DNA of 64,000 nucleotides from the NCBI GenBank assembly GCA_947643145.1, contig CANRVD010000002.1, positions 8,360-72,359 of the forward strand, written 5' to 3'. The notes below the pieces were generated by a model. It did no database searches. It was not told where the DNA came from and saw only the letters and a program-made list of their open reading frames with translations. The stretch is from an uncultured bacterium (GTDB taxonomy: Bacteria > Bacillota > Clostridia > Lachnospirales > Lachnospiraceae). The first letter of the stretch is position 1; each line of letters starts with the position of its first letter. This document shows positions 30,532-41,300 of this stretch, in pieces. The translations under genes and the position numbers were made by a program.

Positions 30532-30627
30532 TTTTCTCCTCCTTTCACATTAGATACGATTGAAATGCCTGATGTGTCGAGAATTTTTCATTTTTCTGAC
30601 TATTGAAATTCTATATTCATTATGTTA

Positions 30628-30785
30628 TTACTTCGGAAGTTAAATATCGCATAATTTTACGAAGTATAAATTTTCGGATACATCTGCCAAAAACGTAGGT
30701 GTAGTGGTGCTACATCGAGGCTTTTGGCAGAATGTAACCGGGAATTTAGACGAGTAAAAACTGCGATATTTAACCGCCGAAGTAA
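30628..30785. mobile_element. MITE, arm type A / core type 2
   Basis: 158 bp, TA flanks at 30626-27 and 30786-87. Confidence 0.9.
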
Positions 30786-30797
30786 TATATTAAGTAT

Positions 30798-30893
30798 AGA
30801 AAGAGCGCCCACTCCGAAGTGGATGCTCCCAATGAAGGTGAAATGTCCTGATGGACACCGTCTCTCTGTGGGTCAGACAGAGAGGCATTTTTT
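30798..30893 (+). ncRNA. Putative type I antitoxin antisense RNA
   Basis: Convergent with the 3' end of a holin-like toxin; 5' hairpin GAGCGCCCACTCCGAAGTGGATGCTC, terminator GTCTCTCTGT...ACAGAGAGGC+T run; TATATT -10 upstream. Confidence 0.6.
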
Positions 30894-31011
30894 AGTTCTT
30901 CTTCTTTTTCTTCCTTTGGAAAAAGGTAAGAAGCGTAACAATCAAGTTACCAAAGGTAGCTAACAATGTTAGTATTCCAATGAAAATTGAGATAATCTCA
31001 AATGCTGTTAT
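30892..31011 (-). pseudogene. Type I holin-like toxin, 39 aa, with ATA at the start position
   Basis: Not in ORF track. ITAFEIISIFIGILTLLATFGNLIVTLLTFFQRKKKKKN: single TM with basic tail; GGGAGG RBS paired by upstream CATCCTCCC. Confidence 0.75.
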
Positions 31012-31332
31012 GTTACACCCCTCCCTTCTTATGTATTTCTGATTAATCAGGGTATTACATTGGGAGGATGCTACTCTGTCATGGGGACTCTTTTAGTGGT
31101 TTATACCACATTACTAATTATATTGCATTAAATATAAAACTTCAATATTTTTATCGTATGTTTTGCGAAATATCATATTCTTTTTTTGCTATCTATTGTA
31201 TATATTTCCATAATTTTGAGAAAATAGAAAAGAAAAAAGAAGAAAGGATAAATGCAGACACATATTTCTACCTGATGTGTTTGCGCCTCAAAAGAAAATA
31301 CAGGTATTTTCGCCAGAGGTTTGGTACAAATT

Positions 31333-32214
31333 ATGGGACGAGCTATGACAGTTGAAATGTTACAGGAATATGAGGAATATTTAAGGAGAGAGGAAAAAAG
31401 TGCATTAACAATTAATAAATATTTGTGTGATTTGAAGAAACTGCTGAATTATGCGGATGGTCGGGAGATTGATAAGGAGTTAATGATTGCTTATAAGGAA
31501 GAGCTGTTAAAATCGGATGCTTATAAGGTCAGCAGTATTAACTCTTTTTTAGTGGCGGCAAACCGCTTTTTTGAATTTATGGGATGGTATGAAGCTAAGG
31601 TAAAGACATATAAGGTGCAAAAAGAATCCTTTTGCCCGGATAACAAATGTCTGTCGAAGGAGGAGTATTTCCGCTTGGTGAAAACGGCACTGGAAGAAAA
31701 GAAAAAACGTCTTGCCATGATTTTACAGACAATCTGCGCGACGGGAATACGCGTCAGTGAATTGCAGTTTATAACGGTAGCTGCGGTGCGGAATAATTCG
31801 ATTGTAGTTCATAATAAAGGAAAAATACGGACGGTTCTACTACCAAATGATTTGCGCAAGAAGCTGCTTTATTATATCGGAAAAGCGAGAATTAAAAAAG
31901 GAATTGTTTTTTGTACCTCGTCAGGGAAGGCAGTTAGCCGGAGCAATATCTGGAAAGAAATGAAAGCACTTTGTGAGGAAGCAAATGTTGCTTCTTTGAA
32001 GGCAGATATTGAGAGTTATGAATATAAAATGCTTTTAGGTGCAAAGAAAGGGATAAAAAAATGGAAGCCATTGATTGCGGTATGCATATATCATAGTGCA
32101 GTAGATTTATATTCAATACCATTGTTGATTAAGTCAATAGAAAGTGATTATAAAATGGCAGTGCGACATCATTCAAATACATTAGCAGAGACAGTTTTGT
32201 ATTGTTGGTGTTGA
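31333..32214 (+). pseudogene. Tyrosine recombinase N-terminal part fused in frame to an FkbM methyltransferase C-terminus
   Basis: ATGIRVSEL present, HxxR/Y absent; tail LKADIESYEYKMLLGAKKGIKKWKPLIAVCIYH is FkbM-like; start uncertain. Confidence 0.8.
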
Positions 32215-32658
32215 ACGTATCCGGCAGGAGAAAGAACTAAAACCAATTTTATTGCTAGAAGTGTTGTTTTAACCGCTGGGGGTAGGACAACTTACATATC
32301 CAAAGAAAAATTGCGACTTATCGCTGGGATATATTGCTGATGATGGGCAAACAGTAATAGATATCTTCTCATTTACTAAAAATCAAGAAGCAAAAAAGAA
32401 TGCAGTCCTGTCTGGATTCTTTTTTGCTTCTTTTATATTTTTCTGATTTTCTGTTGTTTGTAATGCATTTTTAGTAATGCTGTGAAAAACAGCAATATCC
32501 TCTCGCATTAACGCAGGATATATGCTACAATACAAGAGATTTGGTACAGATTGTAGAAAGTATCTGTATGATTAATAGATATACAAAAGAAACGTAGTAC
32601 CCCGTATGAGCAAAAAGCTGGACGGTACAAAACCACATTCTCTTTAATATATATACCA

Positions 32659-32818
32659 GTGTACTGACACGTTGATAATTAGATAAACCCACTTGTCTAT
32701 TTATCTATCTGCTACGTTGAATTTTTTAGCCGTAGCCACCGCTATGCCGTCAAAAATTCGCCTTGCAGATGAACAAATATCCTGCGTTGTTTTACCAAAT
32801 ATCAACGAGACAAGACAC
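32659..32818. mobile_element. MITE, arm type B / core type 1 (diverged)
   Basis: Imperfect TIR GTGTACTGACACGTTGAT...ATCAACGAGACAAGACAC; core ACTTG..ATCTGCT..CGCCTTGCAGATGAA shared with 2284. Confidence 0.75.
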
Positions 32819-32972
32819 TAGCAAAAGGGCGAAGTTTCGTCAAGTAAGATTTTTAGATTGCTGAAGTAGCAAATCATATTGCATGATTTTTGCAAAACGT
32901 ATGTTTTTAGTGAAACGTATAGGTATGAGTGACAGTAATTTAGAAAGTTTATATATAGAAAGAAGGTTCCCT

Positions 32973-33185
32973 ATGTTTGGCAGGAAAAAAGTAGAAAAAA
33001 TAGAATATGATAAAGAAAATCTGCGCCCGGTATTAAAGTGCAGCATTTGCAATGGTGAACAGGTGGCAGGGTTGAAGAATATACATACTGGTAAGGTTGA
33101 AGAAATTATGTTTATTCGAAACAAAAAGGATTTGGATAGATTTATGGAATTATATGATATTTCTGATATTAAGAAAGAATATTGA
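32973..33185 (+). CDS. Small conserved hypothetical protein with CxxC
   Basis: MFGRKK...CSICNGEQVAG...; RBS present. Confidence 0.7.
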   Translation: MFGRKKVEKIEYDKENLRPVLKCSICNGEQVAGLKNIHTGKVEEIMFIRNKKDLDRFMELYDISDIKKEY

Positions 33186-33199
33186 AAGGGGTTGAGTCA

Positions 33200-33366
33200 T
33201 GAATTAAGTGGGAATACCTTTCAAAGAAATGAAAGCGGATACGTTGAAAAATGAAGAATTTAAAACAGAATATGATAAGCTAAAACCAAGAGATGAGGCT
33301 ACCAGACAGATTATAAAGACCAGAAAGAGCAAAGTATCATACAGTCAGAACTGGCTAAAAGAATAG
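33200..33366 (+). pseudogene. XRE-family HTH (antitoxin-like) relic
   Basis: GIPFKEMKADTLKNEEFKTEYDKLKP..., frameshift to EQSIIQSELAKRI, truncated. Confidence 0.6.
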
Positions 33367-33440
33367 TGTTGTATGGACACTAAAAACTGATTGAGATTCT
33401 TCTTCATACATGATATGATATTTTCGGAAAAGCCACACTA

Positions 33441-33599
33441 GTGTACTGTACCGTTCATTTTCAGCCAAATGGCGCAGAATGAATTTTCACTCTGCAAGGT
33501 GGCTGAATGAGGCGATGCGGTGGCATCGTCGATTGAAGCTAACACAGCAGATGGAAATTCAGGCAAGTCATTTGGCGAAATATGAACGGTACAGTACAC
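33441..33599. mobile_element. MITE, arm type B / core type 1, inserted into a REP-like hairpin
   Basis: Perfect TIR GTGTACTGTACCGTTCAT/ATGAACGGTACAGTACAC, TA flanks. Confidence 0.9.
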
Positions 33600-33749
33600 T
33601 AGTGAAGTCGGTGCGCTTTTTAATGTATGGCAATAGATTTGCCGGAAGGGCCTGTAATCTATTGATAGAAGGGAGCTTTTTAAGGGGATTAAAAACTTTT
33701 AGGAAAGGAGAAATATGATATTGGTTTTCAAATATCATATGGGAAAAAG

Positions 33750-35855
33750 ATGGAATACAACGAAGAATATTTTGCCAAAAGTGCAAATAAAAAAGCGATG
33801 ATTATTTGGTTGATTTTAGGAATTGTTCTTACGGCTGCCTATGTCATTGAAGTTGTGAAAGGTTTGCGTACCATTAACTATTATCTGCTATTTGTGGCGA
33901 TGTGCTGGATTCCCTTTTTGATTGGTGTCCTGGTATTAAAAGTAAAAGGAATGGGTGCTTCCATTTATAAAGATATTGTTGCGTTTGGATATGGTACGTT
34001 TTACACATTTGTGCTTATGACAACGAACACAATGCTTGCGGTAGTTTTTATTCTGCCGTTAACAAGTATGTTGATTTTATACAAAAACCGCAATTTTATG
34101 ATTCGGTGTGGCGTTGCAAATATCATTGTACTGATAATATCAATCGTTAAAAATTACATGGGAGGGCTTAATTCTCCAAGTGATTTGTCGAATTATGAAA
34201 TACAGGTAGCGGCGACTGTACTTTGTTATGTTGGTTATATACTTTCTATCAGCCATTTAAACCAGTCAGATGGTGCAATGATTGACTCGGTAACGGATAA
34301 CCTGCAAAGGGTTGTTACAACAGTGGAGCAGGTGAAGGAAGCGAGTATAGCAGTAGTTGACGGAGTAATGGTAGTCCGGGAACTGGCAGAGGAGAATAAA
34401 GAAGGTGCGAGAAATGTTGTAAGCAGCATGGAGGATGTTGCTGAAAATAATGATGCGTTAAGCCGTAAAATTGATTCTTCCATGAATATGACCGAGGATA
34501 TTGACAGTCAGGTTTCCCATGTAGCGGAGCTGACTGAAAATATCGTTAAAATCATTGAAAAATCTGTCGCACATGCTACAAAGAGTTCGGAAGATTTGTC
34601 AGACGTTGTAGAATCGACGAATACTATGGCAAAGCTATCCGCGGAGGTAGAGCAGATTTTGGGAGAGTTCCGTGAAGAGTTTGAAATGGTGAAGCAGGAA
34701 ACAGGAACGATTGAGGATATTACAACCCAGACCAACCTGCTTTCATTAAATGCCTCCATTGAGGCGGCAAGGGCAGGAGAAGCGGGAAAAGGTTTTGCTG
34801 TTGTAGCGGATGAAATTAGAAATTTGAGTATAGGAACACAAAGTTCTTCCAGCAGTATTCTGACAGCGTTACAGCACTTGGAGACGACTTCGGATAAAAT
34901 GACAGAAGCAGTTACAACGATTCTTCAGTTAATTCATAAGACGCTGGAGCAGATGACAACAGTAAATGAGAGTGTCAGTGCGATTGCAGGTGATTCTAAG
35001 GAGCTTGGAAATGGAATTCAGATAGTTGACATTGCCATTAAAAAGGTAGAAGATTCCAACAAAAACATGGTTGACAACATGAAGCAGGTTCAGGATATTA
35101 TGGAAACAGTCAGGGAGGGAGTAAAGGATTCTGAATCTACGACTAAGACGATGCTTAGCAAATATGCAGAAACATCGAGAAATGTGGTTCATATTGAAAG
35201 TGTTGTTGGAAAGCTGATAGAAGATTTAGGTGTCGGCGGCTTTATGGGGTTGGCTGATATTAAAAAAGGGATGCCTCTTTCGATTATCGTACATGGTGCC
35301 AGCGTGGATAAAAAGTGTGAGGCAGAGGTTGCAGAGATTACAGAGGATGGGATTTTCGTTCGCTTATCCGATGGTGTAACAGACTTTATAAAATCGTATC
35401 GTGAAGGGCAGTTATATGAGATTCGGGTTATCGTAGCAAATGCGGTATATATTTGGGAAAATATCCAGATTAGTATGGCAAAGAATGATAACAGATTCTA
35501 TCAACTTCTGATAAGCAGTAGGCCAAAGGTAATGAATCGAAGGAAACATCAAAGATTAATACTTTCCAATTCATGTCAGATTACTTTTGAGGAAGATGGA
35601 AGTGTATTTGACGGGAAAATGGTTAATATTTCTGCGGATGGTTTTGCTTTTGTGGCAAAGGCAGGGGAGTTTGAGAATGCAGTAGGAAAACATATTAAAG
35701 TTTTAATTAAAAATCTTGAATCACTGGGTGATATTATGATACCGGGTATTACTACCCGTTCGGTAGAAGAGGCAGGAAAGTATACGGTTGGCTGTAGGAT
35801 GCCGGAAGAAAACCAAAAGATACGGGAGTATGTTGAAGAAAAATATGGAGATTAG
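33750..35855 (+). CDS. Methyl-accepting chemotaxis protein with C-terminal PilZ domain
   Basis: TM bundle, [31 protein letters not shown], PilZ RRKHQR and NISADG. Confidence 0.9.
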   Translation: MEYNEEYFAKSANKKAMIIWLILGIVLTAAYVIEVVKGLRTINYYLLFVAMCWIPFLIGVLVLKVKGMGASIYKDIVAFGYGTFYTFVLMTTNTMLAVVFILPLTSMLILYKNRNFMIRCGVANIIVLIISIVKNYMGGLNSPSDLSNYEIQVAATVLCYVGYILSISHLNQSDGAMIDSVTDNLQRVVTTVEQVKEASIAVVDGVMVVRELAEENKEGARNVVSSMEDVAENNDALSRKIDSSMNMTEDIDSQVSHVAELTENIVKIIEKSVAHATKSSEDLSDVVESTNTMAKLSAEVEQILGEFREEFEMVKQETGTIEDITTQTNLLSLNASIEAARAGEAGKGFAVVADEIRNLSIGTQSSSSSILTALQHLETTSDKMTEAVTTILQLIHKTLEQMTTVNESVSAIAGDSKELGNGIQIVDIAIKKVEDSNKNMVDNMKQVQDIMETVREGVKDSESTTKTMLSKYAETSRNVVHIESVVGKLIEDLGVGGFMGLADIKKGMPLSIIVHGASVDKKCEAEVAEITEDGIFVRLSDGVTDFIKSYREGQLYEIRVIVANAVYIWENIQISMAKNDNRFYQLLISSRPKVMNRRKHQRLILSNSCQITFEEDGSVFDGKMVNISADGFAFVAKAGEFENAVGKHIKVLIKNLESLGDIMIPGITTRSVEEAGKYTVGCRMPEENQKIREYVEEKYGD

Positions 35856-35895
35856 GAAGATTAGGGCATCAGCGAAGCTGGTGCCCTTTTTGGCT

Positions 35896-35984
35896 TATAG
35901 GAAAGTTCTCAATGTGTAGCGGGATGTCAACAAAAATGCTAAAGCATTTTTGCTAGCGCACCAGCGAAGTCGGTGCGCTTTTTT
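35896..35984 (+). repeat. REP-like element, long form
   Basis: Ends in GCGCACCAGCGAAGTCGGTGCGC+T run; homologous to the reverse complement of 42155-42240. Confidence 0.85.
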
Positions 35985-35988
35985 GCGT

Positions 35989-36117
35989 TCAGATATGTAA
36001 GCTGAACACAACATGAGGAAAACATAAGGAAAACATAAGCTGCTGATTTTGCAGCGCCTGACAGCTTGCCGGCAGATATTATGCATGGTGTTTAGAATGG
36101 CTGTGAATTGTAATAAT
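35989..36117 (+). repeat. Repeat family D
   Basis: Homologous to the reverse complement of 51101-51224 (CATAAGGAAAACATA.GCTG.TG.TTTTGCAGC...GTTTAGAA.GG..GTGAAT). Confidence 0.7.
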
Positions 36118-36223
36118 GGAATAGATATGAAATGATTGCAGACAATAAGAATAATAGCAGGATTAAAATAATGCCAGAGTTAAGCAGATAGCAATCCTTA
36201 GCATTAAAGTATGGAGGAAAAAT

Positions 36224-38167
36224 ATGAGCAATCGTTTAAAGAATCAAAGCAGTCCGTATCTGTTACAGCATGCTGGGAATCCGGTGGAGTGGTATCCCTG
36301 GTGTGAGGAAGCATTTGAAAAAGCAAGGCAGGAAGATAAGCCTGTCTTTCTAAGTATAGGATATAGTACATGCCACTGGTGCCATGTGATGGCACATGAA
36401 AGTTTTGAAAATAAAGGAATTGCAAAGCTTTTAAACAGATATTTTATATCGATTAAAGTGGACAGGGAAGAAAGACCGGATATTGACAGTGTGTATATGG
36501 CGGTCTGTCAGGCATTCACAGGGAGAGGGGGCTGGCCGATGAGCATTTTTATGACGGCAGAGCAAAAACCTTTTTTTGCCGGGACATATTTTCCGCCAGA
36601 AACAAAAAATGGAATGATAGGATTTCAGGAGCTGCTTCTGACGGTGGCTAACAGGTGGAAAGAGAACAAGGAAGCACTTCTTACAACTGCTGGTGATATT
36701 TCTACGCATTTGAATGCAGGGGAGGCAGTATCAGAGAAAGAGATTAACCTAAAGCTTCCGGAACAGGCAGCGAAACTGTTTGCAGAAAGTTTTGACAGGG
36801 AATATGGTGGATTTGGGGCGGCACCTAAATTTCCCACGCCGCATAATCTGTTTTTTTTGACCTTATATTCCAAAATGCAGCATGATGCAGGCGCGTTAGA
36901 AGAGGTGGAGCGTACTTTGGATGCGATGCGCAGAGGAGGGATTTTTGACCAGATTGGTTATGGCTTTTCAAGGTATTCTACAGACAGATACTACCTTGCG
37001 CCGCATTTTGAAAAAATGTTATATGACAATGCACTTCTGATTATTGCTTATCTTGTGGCATATAAGGTAACAGCAAATGAAAGGTATGCTGTTGTGGCAA
37101 AAGAGACAACGGAGTATCTTTTCCGCGAAATGGCAAATGGAGAAGGTGCATTTTATGCAGCGCAGGATGCAGACAGTGAAGGTGAAGAAGGAAAATTTTA
37201 TACTTGGGATTATGGGGAAATACAGAAGGTTTTGGGTGAGAATAAGGGCTTGGAATTTTGTGGTTATTATGGTATTATGCCACAAGGAAATTTTGAAGGG
37301 AAAAATATTCCCAACCTGTTAAACGGAAATGATTTTACAGACAGGTTTCGTGAAGAACGAAAAACCCTGTACCAGTACCGTGCCATACGGGGAAAACTGC
37401 ATTTGGATGATAAGATACTGACCTCTTGGAATTCCCTGATGATTAGTGCAATAGCTATGCTTTACCGCAGCACAGGAAAGAAAGAGTATCTTATGGCGGC
37501 CGGCAGGGCGGTAGAATTTATAGAAAAAAATCTTGCGAATGGAAAGGTATTATATGTGAGCTGGCGGGATGGCAGACATTCCGAAAAAGGATTTTTAGAC
37601 GAATATGCATATTATATTATGGCATTGCTTTCTTTATATGAAGTAACTTCTAAAAATTGGTATCTTGAGAGGGCAGAGGAGTTATTGGCAGAAGCAGAGT
37701 ATCAGTTTGCGGATGGCAGCGCAGGAGGATATTTCTTATACGGCCAGCAGAATGAAAATCTGATTATGAGGCCAAAGGAAACTTATGATGGAGCCATGCC
37801 AAGCGGAAATTCAGTGATGGCATATTGTCTGGTAAAGCTTTCAAAGATTACAGGGCGGGAGGACGACAGAAAAAAGGCAGAGAAGCAGCTTGCATTTATG
37901 TCAGGGGAGGCCATGCATTATCCCGCAGGATATAGTCTGTTCCTGACAGCACTTCTTCTGTATCAGCTTCCAGAGCAGAAAGTAACAGTTGTGCTTGGTG
38001 ATGAGGAGTCTGTAGAAGATGTGGTAAAAAAATTACCATTAACAGCGCAGATTGCAATACTGGAAAAAGAAACGGGAGAATATAAACGGCTGAATGGCAA
38101 AACAACATTTTATGTATGTGAGAATCACACCTGCTTTTCGCCAACGAATAATTGGTTTTGCTATTGA
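36224..38167 (+). CDS. Thioredoxin-domain protein, YyaL/SSP411 family
   Basis: [32 protein letters not shown]. Confidence 0.92.
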   Translation: MSNRLKNQSSPYLLQHAGNPVEWYPWCEEAFEKARQEDKPVFLSIGYSTCHWCHVMAHESFENKGIAKLLNRYFISIKVDREERPDIDSVYMAVCQAFTGRGGWPMSIFMTAEQKPFFAGTYFPPETKNGMIGFQELLLTVANRWKENKEALLTTAGDISTHLNAGEAVSEKEINLKLPEQAAKLFAESFDREYGGFGAAPKFPTPHNLFFLTLYSKMQHDAGALEEVERTLDAMRRGGIFDQIGYGFSRYSTDRYYLAPHFEKMLYDNALLIIAYLVAYKVTANERYAVVAKETTEYLFREMANGEGAFYAAQDADSEGEEGKFYTWDYGEIQKVLGENKGLEFCGYYGIMPQGNFEGKNIPNLLNGNDFTDRFREERKTLYQYRAIRGKLHLDDKILTSWNSLMISAIAMLYRSTGKKEYLMAAGRAVEFIEKNLANGKVLYVSWRDGRHSEKGFLDEYAYYIMALLSLYEVTSKNWYLERAEELLAEAEYQFADGSAGGYFLYGQQNENLIMRPKETYDGAMPSGNSVMAYCLVKLSKITGREDDRKKAEKQLAFMSGEAMHYPAGYSLFLTALLLYQLPEQKVTVVLGDEESVEDVVKKLPLTAQIAILEKETGEYKRLNGKTTFYVCENHTCFSPTNNWFCY

Positions 38168-38391
38168 GTCCCCAATTTTTGTGTGTTACAATATGAAATA
38201 ATTGATAACTTTTAAAGGAGAGAAGTGTGAAGAGAATTTCTAAGTCTGCAAAAAACGCAGACAAAGAAATACTAATACTTCACACAGGAAGAACGCAAAA
38301 CCAGCGTTCTTCGTTGCAAGTTTGTGTCTGCGCTGCGACACAAACATTGAAAGAATTTTAGTTCTTTTGTGCAGTAAAGGACAGCGCAGAA

Positions 38392-41300
38392 ATGAGGAGA
38401 AATATGTCGACAAATAAGGACACAGTAAAACAGAATATGATTGCGTGGTATCCGTTTGATGATTCTGCAGATGTGGGAAAAGATATATCAGGTCATGGCA
38501 ACACTGCAGTGGCAAAGGGTGAGAAAAAGCCATTTATCAGGGAAGTATTTGGAAGAAATGCAGCCGTATTTCAGGGGGAGAAGTTTGGAGCCTCCTATTT
38601 TGAACTTCCAAAGGAAATTTTAAAAGATGTAAGTGATGATGCCGGTTTTACCGTATCTGCATGGCTGTGCTGCGAGAAAGCAGTAAGCGTCTGGGAAAGA
38701 GTCTTTGATTTTGGAAAGGGAAAGGGGAAGCCATTCCTTTTCCTTTCCAGATTTATGAGAGGTGTCTGCCATACAGGAGAAGACCTTGCGGCAGATGCCG
38801 GTAAGGCATGCCCGATTGGAGAATGGGTACATATCGCGATGACCATAGACGGAACAAAGGGTGGATCTTTAAGCAGTGCAGGCCCAAGAGTTTATATGGA
38901 CGGGGAGCTTGTGGCAGATGGCTTTATCAGCCAGACCTCAAGCGGTACTTACAAAAAGCTCCGCCAGTGGTTTGCAATGATAGCGGATGGCAGCAATTAC
39001 CAATACAATTATATTGGTCATTCCCAGTTTCCAGCGGATGCCGATTTTTGTGGTGCAATGTCTGATTTCCGTATTTATAAGGAAGCGCTTTCTGAGGAAG
39101 AGATTATTTCTCTTATGTGTGAATCACTTTCTGAAGAAGAGATTTTAGAGCTGGTGCGGGACAAGTTCCTTCCAGACCCTGCAAAGATTATAACAAAAGA
39201 TATTCATTTGCCGGATAAGCTGATGGAAGGGCGTGTTTCCGTATCCTGGAGCTGTAATTTTGCAGATGTTATTTCGGATTCGGGAAAGGTTTCTCCAGTT
39301 GCAGAGCCGACAGGTGTATGTATTAAGGCAGTGCTTACCTGTGGCAGCCATTCTGTAAAAAAGGAATTTTTCTCCACAGTAATTCCGGAAAATCTTGCGC
39401 CATATGAGCTGACAATTCATGGGGACAAAGAAGTGTTAGATATCAGCAAGACTTTATATGGCCTGTTTTATGAAGATATCAACAATGCGGCAGATGGCGG
39501 TATTTATGCAGAAATGATTCAAAACCGTTCCTTTGAGGAATTTACATATAAGGTTTATGATACGGAAAGTGGGGAAAACGGAATTTCTTCCGGCAGGGAC
39601 CATGAGCCGCTCCGTTTCTGGTTTGGCGATTTAGATAAAGTAACGGTTAAGAATAAAGGGGGCTTAAACGAGCATTTTGGACTGACAGATGCGGATGCTA
39701 ATGCATATTATGTGGCAGTTCAGAGTGGAGCCGTGATCTATAACCGTGGATTTTGTGATAAGAACCTAAAGCATTCTATGAATTTAATAGAAGGTGAAGG
39801 GTACCAGTTCAGCATTTGGGCAAAATCTGCTGCTGGTGCTAAGATTACAGTTACCCTGCTTGATGATAAGGAAAATAAAGTCAGCAATCAGGTTGAAGTT
39901 GCCATAGATGCTTCCGGTGAATGGAAGAAATATAAAGCAGAGAAGCTTGTAGCAGACAAGAAAGTAATGGGTCAGATTTGTTTGAAATTTGAAGGGGATG
40001 CAGAGATTGATATGGTTTCCCTGATGCCGGACAATGTCTGGGGTGCAAAAGAGGAAAGTGTTTCAAAAAGTGCCCATATGAATTACAATAGTAACAGTAA
40101 TTACCGTCTGCGCAGGGATTTAGTAGAGGCATTGGTAGAGCTGCATCCAACTTTCCTGCGCTTTCCGGGCGGCTGCATTTCAGAAGGTTCTTATATATGG
40201 GAAAATGTATATGACTGGAAGGATTCTGTCGGCGACGTAGAAGTTCGTAAGGAAAATTACAATGTCTGGGGTTATACCATGACTATGGGACTTGGCTATA
40301 TGGAATATTTCCAGTTAGCAGAGGATTTGAATGCAGAGCCACTTCCGGTTATGGCCTGTGGTGTACTTTGCCAGGCGCGTTCTGATTATGCCAATCCGGC
40401 GGGAGGCAAGCTGCAGGAAAAGTATATCAGTAACTTTACGGATTTAATAGATTTTGCAATTAGTACGGATTTTGAAGGAAATGAATGGGCAGCGCTGCGT
40501 AAGAAGATGGGGCATGAAGCTCCGTTTGGACTGCATTATCTTGGAGTTGGTAATGAGAACTGGGGAACAGAGTTCTTTGCGAGCTTTGAAGATTTTAAAC
40601 ATGCAATTGATGTACATATGGAAAAGACATACCCTGGTTATGAGCTTCATATTATTTCTACTGCGGGTGCGCAGGCTGATGATGATGCATATCAGGGAGG
40701 CTGGAAGTTCCTTGCAGGTTATCAGCAGGGTACAGCGACAGTAAGTTTTACAGATGGTCAAAAGAGTTTCCAAAAGGAAGTTTCATGGTATCCGTATGAG
40801 AAGAATTATCTTAGCACAATTGTGGATGAGCATTATTACCGTTCCAATGAATATTTGCTTGAAAATGTGGACAGATACAATTATTATTACCGTCCATATG
40901 AAAATGGAAAACTGGTTGAAAATCAGGTTTCCAAGGTATTCGTAGGAGAGTATGCTTCCAGTGATAAGAATACACTTGCAGGAGCAGTAGCGGAAGCGGC
41001 AACCATGACCGGTTTTGAGAGAAATTCAGATGTGGTAAGGCTTGCAGCAACAGCGCCATTGTTCAATAAAGTTGTTATGGATGGAACATACCGCTGGACA
41101 CCAGATGCAATCTGGTTTGATAATGAATCCATGTGGCGCACTCCGAATTACTATGTGCAGCAGATGTTTGCGGAAAATATCGGTGACAAGCTGTTAGAAA
41201 CAAGCTATGCGACCTATATGTCAGGGCGGAAAAAAGAACTTGAGCCATGTGGTGGAATTACGGTTGCAGTAGCTGAGGGAGAAGTATTGTTAAAGAAGCT

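Noticed and set aside
30798-30893. Riboswitch interpretation of this hairpin region
   Set aside because: No downstream gene in a leader position; it fits a type I antitoxin better
31333-32214. Prophage or ICE anchored by this integrase
   Set aside because: The integrase is truncated and no phage, conjugation or att features are nearby
32973-33185. Enzyme label for this small protein
   Set aside because: 70 aa with no catalytic or Rossmann motif; left as hypothetical
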